A stretch of DNA of 64,000 nucleotides from the human T2T-CHM13v2.0 reference genome, Homo sapiens. The stretch lies in NCBI RefSeq assembly GCF_009914755.1, contig NC_060937.1; one strand, written 5' to 3'. Positions 1 through 15,827 of this stretch are shown here, one piece after another (within the stretch, counting starts at the first letter, position 1; each line of letters begins with the position of its first letter). Both the position numbers and the translations under genes were made by a program. The notes beneath the pieces are model-generated. The model did not search any database. It saw only the letters and a program-made list of their open reading frames with translations, and was not told the origin of the DNA.

Positions 1-170
1 TAATATTGGTGCATTATGTACTTGAATTAATTGCAAATCTAACATTCTTTAATTTATCTTTATTTCAAAACAATATAAGGCGTCTAAAAATGAACATTGG
101 CCTATCATAAGGGTGTTTACAGAATGCAAGAGAAAAGTAATTCTTTTGACAAATGGAAGCATTGCCTCAA

Positions 171-173
<3 letters not shown>

Positions 174-208
<35 letters not shown>

Positions 209-220
209 TGTGTATGTATA
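174..220. repeat. (TG)n microsatellite
   Basis: gtgtgt... run with two ta interruptions, seen directly. Confidence 0.95.
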
Positions 221-1239
221 CAATATCTTGTCCATTAATCCATTTTCTAGCCACCATTACAGAACTGAGGAGCACCCCTAAATTTCTTTCTTTATCCTGA
301 CATAAAATAATACAAAGGAAATCATCAATTTCCTGTTCTGTTCAAGAAAGGTACATCCTCCATTCAAGATTTAAAAATAGTAAACATATTAGTCGGTAGT
401 ATTATTACAATTCCAAAATTCAGAATATCAGGGTTATTTTGTATCTTTTTACTTATTAAAGTTATTGCTTTTTAATAATTGCACATATATAACTATTGAA
501 TAAACTATTATAAACTATGTAGATCCCACTGCAATGGTTTGATACTTTATGTAATTGGTTATAGAACAATACCTCTGTAGACTACCGCAGAAACAGTGTG
601 TCCTATATGACATGGATATGTTACCATATGGGCTTATTGTGTAGCCTTATTAATAAATAAATAAAGTCAAATACTTCTGGGGCCATTGTACTTTTTAGTT
701 TATTTGACCATGTCAGTACAGGTAACATTTAGAAAGAAGTTCATAAAGGGAAATAATTGGATTGGAGAGAGAAAATGTGAGAGGACAGAGCATTAAAGTA
801 ATTAGAGGTTTAGCAGAATTTTACAGAATCAATGAGAACATTTCATTCTGGTTCTTACCATTCCATTCTGCACAGAAATCATCACTGTGGCATCTTGTGC
901 TTTATGATTTTGATCAAATTATTTGTCAAAAAAAACTCAGTAAACTGATCCATTGTTAATTTTCAAGAGAGTGAACTTGAAAGATAGTGATATTTAAACT
1001 TTGTTACTCACTATGAGCTCTGCAAAAATAAATACCTGCTTACAGATCTTTAGTAATGCAGTAGTGCATGTATGCCTAAATACATAGCTGCATAGCTGAG
1101 GAAGAATAAAAATAATTGGCTAAAGTAAATTTTCAGTTGATATTTGGCTTTATTACATGCCTTCAAATTTAGGATTTTCTAAGTTGTATGCTATCCTCTT
1201 TTTAAAAATTCAATTTCTTTAGCACATAAATTGATATTA

Positions 1240-1603
<364 letters not shown>

Positions 1604-1604
1604 C

Positions 1605-1730
1605 AGCACTATCCCTATGTTTTAGATGAGGAAACTGAATGTTTCCTCATCTAAAGAAATGTGCCCAAGATCACAAAATTAAAATGTGGTTGAATGCTAT
1701 ATTTCTTCCTATTTTCATTTCCCATCATAT
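1605..1730 (-). mobile_element. MIR fragment (contains 15-bp fold-back)
   Basis: tttagatgaggaaactga...gcccaagatcaca matches the MIR core. Confidence 0.7.
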
Positions 1731-1824
1731 TTTTAAATAGCGTTTAGAATAGAGTCTCTAAACCATGTATATATATGACCCTTTAAATAGAACTTGAGTG
1801 GATTTTTTTAAAAATAATTTGGAC

Positions 1825-1950
1825 ACACTAGCTAATCTGTGTCCCTCAATGTCTTCATCTCTAAAATAGAGGTTATACTAGTACCTGTGTTTGTGCATGG
1901 GAACTCAGAGCAGTGCTCAACACATAGTAAGAGCTCAGTAAATGTAGACC
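1825..1950 (+). mobile_element. MIR fragment
   Basis: cctcaatgtcttcatctctaaaatagagg...cacatagtaagagctcagtaaatg. Confidence 0.7.
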
Positions 1951-2089
1951 ATTACAATTACCAGGACCACTGATCTTTATAGTCCTTTGCTTGGTCCATA
2001 AATAACCCCACTTTTTTCAACGGGGCTTACTTTTCTGAATTGTAATTCCATTTTCTTTCCTTCAATTGATCCTCAGTTTCATATATTGA

Positions 2090-2514
<425 letters not shown>

Positions 2515-2548
2515 TGTTCAAATCTTTTGCTGTCTTTTATGGGGTTCC

Positions 2549-3003
2549 TGTGTCAGTCTGAGTCCTCTAGGAAGCAGATGCACCAAGATAGACATCTACA
2601 GAGACGTTGGTTAGGGGGAATGCCTGTGAAGGATAAATGTGATTGGGGTAGATAGGGAAAACCTCCAGGCCTTAATGCATATTTGACACTTGTGAAAAGA
2701 GAGAAGGAAGAGTGTCAGGGTAAAAGTCTCTCACTGCAATGCAGCTCTGAGAAAGTCTCAGCTGGACCAATATGGAGTCCCAGAATAAAGAACACCTGTC
2801 AGAGTAATCTGGTATTGGGAGGGAATAGTCAGACCCTAGATGCTTGCCATGTTCAGTTGCTCTCTGGGAGCTGACCTGGAGAACCTGGCCTTGATATGAA
2901 CACTACAGTGGATCCAGAGGTGTTGCAGCTATCTGCCAACTGCTCTTCCTTAGCAGTTTCTCTTGAAGGGAGATCTGGGTAATGCAATTCCATGGCCATC
3001 ACA
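2549..3003. mobile_element. old ERVL-class solo LTR (LTR16/LTR40 group, family uncertain)
   Basis: tgtgtcagtctgagtcctctaggaagcagatg...gggggaatgcctgtgaaggataaa...catggccatcaca; TG...CA ends. Confidence 0.6.
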
Positions 3004-3658
3004 GTTGCCCATTGTTTTCTCATGGATACTAAGGAATCCTTAAATATTTTGAATATCAATCCTTTATTGGTTGCAATATTGCAAATATCTGTGGCTTGCC
3101 TGTTAACTTTGAGATGTCATTCACAAAAAGGGTATTTATTATTGGGTGAGTCTAAGTGTTTTTTGCCTCATAGGCTGTATATTATGTGAGATGTGGAATA
3201 GCCTAAAAGGAACTCTGCCTAAGATTTCTGCAAGACTTATTCATATGGCATTTGCTGCCAAGTTCCAATAGTACACATCTATACTGTACATCGAAATTTG
3301 GGCATCTCTGAGTTTTTGTCAAGTATCTGCTGCCTGATTGCATTATTTCTTAAGTCAGTCTGTTGTCCACACACATATTGAGCAATATGGTTCATTTGTA
3401 ACAGAACAGGGACTTTTCCTGTTAACTGAAGGCTGGGATTGCTTAGAGACCACAGATCTGGTTCTGCAATGACTGGTGCCCATCATCCTTTCTCAGTCTC
3501 TATAAGAAGCCTGAAAGTCAAGAGAATGAGAAAGAGCTGGGAGTTGTCAGCCTAGTGGAAGTGGAGGGAGAGGGGAGAAAACCAGAGAATCTCTTCTAAA
3601 CATTGGGAATAATTGACTAGAAAAAGGGACTGTCATTCTGTTTCCTGGAAGACATCTG

Positions 3659-4470
<812 letters not shown>

Positions 4471-4604
4471 ATTTGCTTAGGCAGTCAACGTGATGCTCTT
4501 CCCTTGTGTTTATCTGAGCATAGGAAAAGGGAATCAGGGAAAGAAGGCTAGATGGAAAGAAGAAATTGAATGGACCAGCTTGTATAACCACAATTAGATG
4601 GAGT

Positions 4605-5136
4605 ATACAAATCATCTATTACCACAATAATGTCCCATAACAAACAAAATGAAATTGTGGTGGCTACAACAGGCATTTATTGCACTCAAAAATCTGAGAG
4701 TTTCAGCTGATCTGGGTTGGGTTCACTCATTTTTCTGAGGGGTGATGGCTGTTGAGTGACTTAGGAATTTGTCAACTAGTATAGCTTTGGCATTTCAGAT
4801 CTTGGATCAGTGGGTCAACACAAACATGGCCTTCTCATGGTGATGGCAGTGAGCAAGAGCATGCAAGCCCAATTGCATCAACACTTTCCAAGTTCCTGCT
4901 TGTGTCTTATTTGCTAATGACCCATTGGCCGAAGAAATCCCTCAACCCCAAAACAGCATCAATTAAAGAAAATAAAATCATCTTGGGACAAAGAAATCCA
5001 AAGGCAAGCCTAGACTTGAGGAAGAGGAAAGTAAACTTCATATCTTTACTGAAGGAGTCTGCAAGGTCATGTTAAAGGGTGTGGACATAAGGAAGGTAAA
5101 AGAACTGGAACTCTTAATGCAACCAATCTTCCAACA
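4605..5136 (-). mobile_element. MaLR solo LTR, MLT1H-like
   Basis: ctattaccacaataatg...cttctcatggtgatggcag...gctaatgacccattggcc...aatgcaaccaatcttccaaca. Confidence 0.65.
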
Positions 5137-6744
5137 GGACAGGATATATGAGTTTCTGTGAGTCCAGTGAGAAGGAAGGAATAGAGCTGGATTTGAGCCA
5201 TCTACTCGGAATACCACTTAGGATCACTTCCTGCCAGGAAAGGAGACTCCAATAGCTGGAGACTGTGGGTATCCCACAGATGGTGGGAGTATGTGAGTAA
5301 AAGGGACTTAAAGGGGTTGAACTGGAGCCAGGTCTCCCACAGTTTAGGGAACTGTGTGGTGGAGAAGTCCTTCACCATTGCCAAAGAACTCACGCAGGCA
5401 CCACATGAGAGACCCAGTGTTTTGGATGCCTGGGACAGTGGGTATTCATGACCAGTCCAATAACAAGAACTAATGTACAAAGAACTATCTTTCCACCTGG
5501 TCAATTTGCCTCAATCCCTCTTTCCTCGCTCCTGTCCCCATTGAACCTACACTTTGAAGAAGAAGGAAAAAGGGAACTGGGTGAGCAGACTATACCTCTC
5601 TTCACAATTTAGGGTCTTTGGCTACTGGTCAAACCTGTACTAGAGGGAGAGGAAGCTGAGAAAAAAGTGACTGCATCCTATGGAATCTGGAATCTGCCTA
5701 AGATGTTATTAACAAAGTGTGTTTGATTAAAGAAAACAAAACCATCTTATATTTATACCTCTCCTGAATTAGAACTCTTTAATAACCACGTACATGATAA
5801 AATACGCTAATTGTTTAATTTTAGTTGACCAGTCAGCATTTAAGGAATATGATGCTTATTTGTCCCCAATATTTAAACCCAAAAGTAAAGTCTATGGACA
5901 AATAAATTTTAAAAATAAAAGAATTCAAGGATCCATACTATATCTTTTATAGGAAACATCATTACCAATACATCAATAAAAGATGACTAAACCTTGTCAT
6001 TTAAAAATCAGGCTTGTAGCCTTTTTATTATAAAATTAATATGTGCTCACTTGTAGACAACTTTGGCAATTCAGCATAAAAATCTCATCCGTAATACCAC
6101 AACCCAGAAATAACATCTGTTAATATTTTGGTGAATTTTCCTTTAATAGTTCTTCTCTATGTGTGTGTATATTTCTGAAGGTATTTTAGATTATACTGTA
6201 TATCCAACATTGTATCTTGCTTTTTGAACTCAAAATTTTTATATAATTAATAATTATTTGAGAAATTAATTTTAATGGCCATATAATAAGTAACATATGA
6301 AAGTACCATATTTTATTCAATGATTTCCCCCTTGTTGTTCAATTCCTTCTGTTCTTTCACCCTTATAAATAGTGTCAGGATGTATAACATTCTCCATAAA
6401 ATTTTGACATGACTTCCAATTCTATTTCTGTTGGGCTAGAAATGGAAATTCTACATGAACAGGTTTTCTTTTCAAAGAAAGAAAACCTTAAAAAAGGAAG
6501 GAAAGAAAAATGCATTTGGCAAACTGAATCACCAAAATTGTCTGTAAGTGAGCACATATCAATTTTATGTCCACTGTAACTCCAAAGAACAATCATAGAA
6601 GCATCTGTGTCATAGCGTTCTGCTAGCATAAATATAAGCTGCCAAGGTTAAAGGCAAAATTAATGCATAATTTCTTTTGTCATTTTTTGTTTACTAGATG
6701 GATGTTTTAAATATGTATACAATATACACTTAATTGAAAAAACC

Positions 6745-7070
6745 CCAAATCTTGTCATTTATGACAACATGGGTGAACCTGGAGAACATTAAGTTACATA
6801 AGCCGGGCACAGAAAGACAAATACCACATGATCTAACTCATATATGGAATCTAAAAAAGTTGACCTCATAGAAGTAGAGAGTAGAATGGTGGTTACTAGA
6901 TGCTGTAGGAGCTAGTGGGGAGGGGGGGCTGTGAGATATTGGTCAAAGAATATATTAATTACAGTTAGATAGGAGTAAGTTCAAGAGATCTATTGTATAG
7001 CATGAAGACTATAGTTAATGACCATATATTTCTGAGAAATGCAGAGTGGATGTTAAGTGTTCTTACCACA
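6745..7070 (+). mobile_element. L1MA-type 3' end fragment
   Basis: gacaacatgggtgaacctggagaacatt...cagaaagacaaataccacatgatc...gttcaagagatctattgtatagcatg. Confidence 0.85.
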
Positions 7071-7642
7071 CACAGACACACACACACACAAAGTGTGTGC
7101 ATATACCTATTGTACTTTATCTTCTGGGAACTTTGTTTTTTGCTTTTCTAACTACCACTGGCAACTTAAAAGCTCATTATATTAAGATTTATCTTTCAGA
7201 TTGATTAGTAATAATCAAATTATCTAATCTTATATTTATTGAGAGCTCAGAAACTCTAGTCTTATGAAAGTTGGTATAACTTACAAATTTATTTAGGCTA
7301 TTGAGGTAGGTTAGCCTTGTAAATAAAAAGCATTAAGTTGGAGCCAGAGAAATCAGATTATCTTACCCTTCTTAGTCCCGTCATTTGTATTTGTACTTGA
7401 CCTCTCTGAGCCCAAATTAACTTCAGTCATAAAATCAAGAGTTTGATCCTTGTCTTTTAGAATTTTTTGAGAATTAAATGAGATCATGCTTAAGGGAATC
7501 CAGCAGATAAAAGGTATACAACATTTTATCTTTCTTTAAAATCAAACCATGAGAGAGCAACTAGATACACAAGGGAAAACTGATTAATGTGAAAAGTATA
7601 ATTACTTTATGCCTTAACAATTTCTTCCCATAATGTATTAGT

Positions 7643-7888
7643 TTTGTTTTTTTGTTTTTTGACACAGGGTCTTGCTGGAGTGCAGTGGCATGGTCCTAGC
7701 TCACTGTAACCTTGAATTCCTGGGATGATAGGTGTGCCACCATGCCAGACTAATTTTTTTGTATGTGTAGCGATGAAGTCTCACTATGTTGCCCAGGCTG
7801 TCTTGAACTCCTAGCCTCAAATGATCCTCCCACCTTGGCCTCCCAAATCCCTGGGATTAAAGGCCAGAGCCACTGCTCCAAACCCAGC
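7643..7888 (-). mobile_element. Alu, AluJ-type, internally deleted
   Basis: gacacagggtcttgctggagtgcagtggc...tcttgaactcctagcctcaaatgatcctcc. Confidence 0.85.
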
Positions 7889-8892
7889 TTTTTTCTTTTC
7901 TTTCTGCTTCTCTTCTCTTCTTTTTTTCTTTTCTTTTTTAATGGCCACCATTATGTTTCCTGTCAATAGAGGTAAAAAATCTCAAGTTAATATATAAAAA
8001 CTCTTACTCTATAAACCACTTCCTCTTCTTATTTCCTCTTTAATAGGACTCCAAGTTTTGACTCAAGTCTTTCTTTCCTTCCTTTTTTTTTCAATGCTTC
8101 TTGTTCTCAGTTATTCAATGTTCTACTCAGTTCATTTTATTTACTAACTAGAATTCTTTATCCTCAACTAAGTGCTACTTTTCTCATTAAACTCCAAGAA
8201 TATCCGTCTCCTGACTGGCATACTTATATTCCGCTCAACTGGTCCTCAGAACAGAGAACTAAGTTTCATTTCTGTTTTGCAAAGAAATTACAGTAGCAAT
8301 GAATTAACTGAATGAAGCAGGAGGACAGGGTCCCCAGGTGATGGTAGTCATCAGATATATTCTCCATTTCATATTAAAATCAATTTGTTTCTGTATAGAA
8401 AGAAACATTGTATCCAAAACAATGCTATTTTTAAAAAACTGACCCTAACTGAAATAACAGTATATATTTATTCACAAAAAGGTTAAAAATTGGATGAAGG
8501 ATTTCCACTTCTGAAATTATGTTGGACTAAATATCTCTGAGAGGATCTTCCTTTACAGAATATTTAACTTATTGATACACATTGGAGGCATTGCTGGTTT
8601 TGCAAATGATAAAGGAATTCTCTAAGGATAACATAGAACATACAACAACATAAATACAAAAAAAAAAAGAAACTGCAGAGCTGGGGCTAGAGCTTTTTGT
8701 ATATGCTTGAAAATGTCTATAACAAATTTTACAGATATCAAGATAGTTGGGGAGAAGTTAGAGGGTTAGGATGAGGAAGAGCATATATCCAGATTTAATG
8801 ATATTGTTCATGTTCTGGATCTTAGATCAGATAATGGGTATAATTTTTCTAACTTACATATTTATCACATGTCTTATATACTAGTATTATGT

Positions 8893-9198
8893 ATTTTTAT
8901 TTTTATTTTATTTTTTTGAGACAGAGTCTCAGTCTGTTGCCCAGGCTGGATGCAGTGGTACACTCACAGCTCCCTGCAGCCTCGACCTCCTAGGCTCAAG
9001 TGATCCTCCTGCCTCAGCCTCCTGAGTGAATGGGACTACAGGCGTGCACCACCACGCCTGGCTAATTTTTTTTTATTTTTTGTAGAGATCGAGTATTTGC
9101 CATGTTGCACAGGCTGGTCTTGAAATCCTGGGCTCAAGGAGTCCACCCATCTCAGCCTCCCAAAGTGGTGGGATTACAGTGAGCCACTGTGCCTGGTC
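8893..9198 (-). mobile_element. Alu, AluJ-type
   Basis: (tttttta)n tail, gagacagagtctc...gcagcctcgacctcctaggctcaagtgatcc. Confidence 0.92.
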
Positions 9199-9239
9199 GT
9201 ATCACTTATTCTTAAATTTAAAAAGTTTAAATGTATTTT

Positions 9240-10310
<1,071 letters not shown>

Positions 10311-10466
10311 CGTACCAAATAGAGATTTTTCAGTACTTTTTTGTTTTTAAAAGTATTACAGTAGAGTGCTAGAGCTTTAACACATGAGTTAAACTCAGTG
10401 TGGTTTTTATTTATTAGTATTATTATATAGTTAAGTTGACATAGAAACTTTATTTTTTAAATATAG

Positions 10467-10843
10467 CACTATGGACTGAATTGTTTCCTTCTCAAATTCA
10501 TATGTTGAAGCCCTAACCTCCAATGCCATGATATTTGGAGATGGGGCCTTTGGGAGAGAATCAGGTTTAGGTGAGGTCATGAGGGTGGGACCCTCATGAT
10601 GAGATTAGTGCACTTAAAAGAAGAGATACCAGAGAGCCCTCTCTCTCTCCCTGTGCCCCTCTCTCTGAATGTGAGGCTACAGCTCAAAGGTGGCCATTTG
10701 AAAGCCAGGAAGAGGGTCCTCACTAGAACCTGACCATGCTGGCAACCTCACCTTTAGCTTCCAGAACTGTCAGAAAATAAGTTTATGTTGTTGAAAGCCA
10801 CCCGGACTGTGTTATTTTGTATGGCAGCCCAAGCTGTCTAACC
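10467..10843 (+). mobile_element. MaLR solo LTR, MLT1A/A0
   Basis: ctatggactgaattgttt...aaattcatatgttgaagccctaacc...ttccagaactgtcagaaaataa...ggcagcccaagctgtctaa. Confidence 0.85.
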
Positions 10844-12255
10844 CACAGAGTTTTCTAAGTATTATCAAACCCATTGTCCCACCTCCACTCCTAACACATT
10901 TCTCACAAATTGCCAGACATTTTCTTAGGAAATATGACCCTCCACTATGAATTACATATGCTGAAAAACATCGAGCAGCGTATTTATTGCTATTTCTGTG
11001 CATCATTGCAGTGCAGACAAATGTGATACTAAGCAAAGGTTCTCATGGTTGCCTTGCCCATGGAGTCCAATAGGACTAACTTTTCACTATTATTAATAAT
11101 GCACATCATTGAATCTAGGTCTTTCTCCAAGCTTTTTATGCCTTAGGATAAACTCTAAAGATCGAAAAACCTGGTCACAGTTATAAGCCTTTTAAAGACT
11201 TACGATCTGAATCTCTAGTTTGCTTTCCATAAATATCGTGCTAAGTTCTACTTATACTAGCTGTTTGCAACTGTTCATTTAAATACCACAATCCTCAATA
11301 CTAATCATTAGAATTTAAAATATTTTATAAATATAATTGGAAAACATTTAATTTGTAATTTCTTTGATAACATATTTTTTCATTTTAATTAGACATTTGT
11401 ATTTTTCTTTAACTTGTTTTGTCATAGCATTGTCAATTTTTCTATAACAGTTTCAACATTTTCTTAATGATGAATGTTGAATGACTACCAACCAGGTTAT
11501 ATTTTATTGCAAATTAGTTTTTACACTTTGACTTTTGAAGAAAGCTGTTTTATTAGATACCGTGTTCCTACCAGTGTTAAAGGGACACTAGGAAATGTGG
11601 GAAGAAAGTGTTTCCTTGTATCTTGTTTCCAGAAAGCTTATTTAACACATACCCATGAGAATCAGGTAGGCTAAGTGTGTTTTAAGTCAATGCCGTTTCT
11701 AAGAGGATATTTGATTTTAATAAATATTTTAGTAATGAATCTAAATGTACTTATTAAGTGCCCAAAGCATAGCAATACTCAGAGAGCAAGTTTTAAAACT
11801 ATTCTTCCTTTGCTATTCAGCTTCTTCATCAAGGTTTACTTATGGTATTTTTTATATGGTCATGCTATCAATTACCAGAGATGCAAATACATGGTCATAC
11901 TGTAGAAATTTTAAAATTAAAACTTGTCTATGCCTATTTTGAATTAGAATTTATGAAATTGAAAGATTAGCTAAATGCATTTGCTGCCTTTTGCAAGCTT
12001 TGCTAACTTGAAACCTCCCTTCTCCTTATACACTTCCTCAAAGGTGAGATAAGAAAATCACTAATGCTCGGCCTTGGTTACCAACTGTGCTAGATGATAT
12101 TTCTGCACACTATAGCCAAATGGCAGCCTCTTTCTATTGTCTGTAGTGAATCCATCTTCTGGTCATTCAGCCAAGGTGCAGCCTCACTTTGAGGAGCAAA
12201 CATAGCTCTAAGGGCTGACACATCTGTATCACAGTTTTTGCTACCAATAACATAG

Positions 12256-12644
<389 letters not shown>

Positions 12645-13657
12645 CAGTTACACCTTATTTTGCAGTTATTTTTGTATTTGGCTAATTCTACTCACCATCC
12701 TTCCAACACTGTAACTCTCAGAGGGCAGAGATGTGTCTCACTTATTACTCTATTCCTGCAGAGAGTTCATGTGAATATTTGTTTTAGGAAATTGAGTTAA
12801 ATCATCCTGTTTTTAGTTTGAGTTATTTGAAAATAACTAATAACTCCATATTGATTTTAAAAAACTAACTCTATAATGATGTGGAAATATAGATCCATGT
12901 TTTACAGTCCTTAGATTTCTTCTAATGTCTGGTTTAAATTCTCTCTGCTGTAATTTCTATCTGCCACATGGGACTGAGGATAATTGTTTTGTATCATTTG
13001 TACACAAACCTTTTTAATACTCAAAAACAAGACTTAATCCTTCTTAAACCTTCTTTATTTCAGTTCATATAAATTCACTTCCTTTACTCACTCCTTACTA
13101 CCAAATTTTAAATTATATCTGTCCTTTTATGATGAACCTCCTCCAGGTTCCTATGCAAAACTTTATGAACGTTCTGACTAATGCATAGTTGTTTGCACAG
13201 TGGTAAGTCATTTGCATACTTTTGGAATCCAGAGATCAAGAGAATCATGAAAACAAGAGCAAACTTTGGACGTGAAAGAAATCAGTAAAGGCCAAATCAT
13301 TTCCCACGTCACCCCTCTAGGTAGAAAATTGGGTAGTAGAGGGTTTGTTTAATATGATGCCTTTTTGTTAGTCATCTTGTGAACCTAATAGAGGAACTAT
13401 TTCTGTTCTTCTAGTGTATTGAGATAAGTAGCAAGAAAGTGCCAATTCAAATTTTGTGAAATAAATGAAATTTTCTACCAGATTATGTTTTGAAGGACAG
13501 ATTCAGTCAACAAGCTCTGTTTAACATATATGAAGATAATGAAATTGATTCACTGAACCATGCAGTTAGAATGTGGTTTTAATACCGTCAGTGATCCAAA
13601 TATATGTTTACCCTGGGATTATAGCATGAACACTCAAAACCTCTGTGCCCTAATCAG

Positions 13658-13803
13658 TGGTGTGTGACCAAACTACAGCAAAACCATTGATTTAAACTAT
13701 ACTTTAAAAGTTTGGTGTGATACCAAACTACAGCAAAACCATTGATTTAAACTATAGTTTAGAAGTTTGGTGTGATACCAAACTACAGCAAAACCATTGA
13801 TTT
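13658..13803. repeat. 55-bp tandem repeat, about 2.6 copies
   Basis: accaaactacagcaaaaccattgattt recurs at 13667, 13722 and 13777. Confidence 0.95.
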
Positions 13804-14086
13804 GGCCACTAAAATAGACAAAAAGGTATCCATGGCCTCATTAGTTCCAAGCTCTAATAAACTACCCAGAAATAACTGACAAAAGGCAAAATCTTCCATA
13901 TGACCTTCCAATATTTTCTCTCTGGCATGGCAAAAGAGAATACAAACTTCTTTTGAGCCTGTTGATTTGGGGATTTGACTTTATTGTGAAGCAGCAACCC
14001 TATTTTTTGTTAGTGCCAGTCATTCTAGCTAAGTTTACCCAGGGGACGTGAAGAGCCCCGAATCACTGGTGGTAATTGAGTCAAAC

Positions 14087-14380
14087 TGTATTAGTAACCA
14101 CAATGTGAGCCTGCAGTGAACAGAAAATTCCACTCACAGTGGCTTACTTATGTAGAGATTGAGGTGTCTCACACAAAAAGGTATCCACAGTAGGTGAGGA
14201 ATTGGTGTAACAGCTCAGCATTTTCCTTTGTATTTGTCTACTATTCTTACATTATTTTTATTCCCATGCTCATGTTTGCCTTATTGTCACTTGATGGTGG
14301 CTACACTGTAAGCCCTGTAGTCACATACCATTCGTGATGAAGAAACAGGAAGAAGGAAGAAGAAGAAGCACCAGAAGTCA
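14087..14380 (-). mobile_element. old MaLR LTR fragment (MLT1J/K/L-like)
   Basis: tgtattagtaacc...gcagtgaacagaaaattccactcacagtggctta. Confidence 0.5.
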
Positions 14381-14639
14381 TCTGCATTTTCTTCTCCTTT
14401 TCCTTTTCTTCTTCATACATACACAAAAGTAGGAATATTGATATTGTAAATCCCCAGATTCAACTACTATCAGCATTTTGCCAATCTAGTTTCATCAGTT
14501 CCCTTCTGGCTTTAACAAGTATATAATAAAGCAAATCCCAGACGTCATATCATTTCATCCATAAATATTTTAGAATGGATCTCTAACATTTTAAGATAAC
14601 AATAATATCACTATATCACATAAAATCAACAATAATTTC

Positions 14640-14648
14640 TTTCTTTCT

Positions 14649-14707
<59 letters not shown>

Positions 14708-15018
14708 ATCTCTCTCTTTTTTTTTTTTTGAGACTTGCTTTGTCACTAGACTGGAGTGCAGTGGCACCATCTTGGCTTAGGCTCACTGCAACCTCCGCCT
14801 CTTGGGTTCAGGTGATTCCTCTGCCTCAGCCTCCCAAGTAGCTGGGACTACAGGCACATGCCACCACGCCTGGCTAATTTTTTTTTTTTTTGTGGATTTT
14901 AGTAGAGATGGGGTTTCACCATGTTGGCCAGGATGGTCTCGATATCCTGACCTCGTGATCCGCCTGCCTCAGCCTCCCAAAGTGCTAGGATTACGGGCGT
15001 GGGCCACCATGCCAGGCC
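14640..15018 (-). mobile_element. Alu, AluSc-like, with (TTTC)n tail microsatellite
   Basis: (tttc)n 14640-14707; ggccaggatggtctcgatatcctgacctcgtgatcc; TSD tcaacaataatttct. Confidence 0.92.
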
Positions 15019-15474
15019 TAAAGTCAACAATAATTTCTTAATGTCACCTTGTACCTAGAACATAATCAAATCCTCCTAATTTTCTCAAGTGTTTGAATCA
15101 GGAGCCAAACAATGTTGGTTGCTAAGTCTCTTGTAATTTATTGTGATATAGATCCCTCTTATTTTTATGTCATTTACTTGTTCAAAATTTTTTTTTTAAA
15201 AGAATTTCCCACATCCTGGAAGTGGCTTTATGTTTTATTTTACACATTCCTGTAGGGACTTGGCTAAATATGTGAATAAATACAGTCTCATTTTTGGGGT
15301 TAAAAGTATTTCAGAGATGGTGATGATCCTATTGTCTTACATCAGGAGGCTCATACTGGCCGATGGTCTCATTTTTCCAATGCCAGGACTGATCAGTGAG
15401 TTCATGTGTGATCAGCCTGATCCATCCACTGTAAATCCCCCACCCATATTTCATCTAACAGTTTTGACACTTAT

Positions 15475-15827
15475 TCTTTTATTTTATTTTCTCTTCTTCT
15501 CCTTCTCCTTCTCCTTCTTCTGAGACAGGGTCTCACTCCATCACTCAGGCTGGAGTACAGTGGCAGGATAATAGCTCACTGCAACCTTGAACTCAGGGGC
15601 TCAAGCAATTCTCCTATCTCAGCCTCCCGAGTAGATGGGACTACAGGCCCACGCCACCATGCGTGGCTAATTTAAAAACATGTTTTTTTTATTTGTTTGT
15701 TTGTTTTTTGATAGAGATGGGGGTCTATGTTGTCCAGGCTGATCTCGAACTCCTGGACTCGAATGATCCTCCTGCCTCAGGCTCCCAAAAGTCTGGAATT
15801 ACATGCATAAGCCACTGTGTCTGGCCA
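15475..15827 (-). mobile_element. Alu, AluJ-type
   Basis: gagacagggtctcactcc...atagctcactgcaaccttgaactc. Confidence 0.9.

Noticed and set aside
13658-13803. CRISPR-like look: 27-bp identical repeats separated by 28-bp linkers
   Set aside because: The linkers are near-identical to each other (2 differences), so this is a plain tandem repeat; eukaryotic context with no cas genes.
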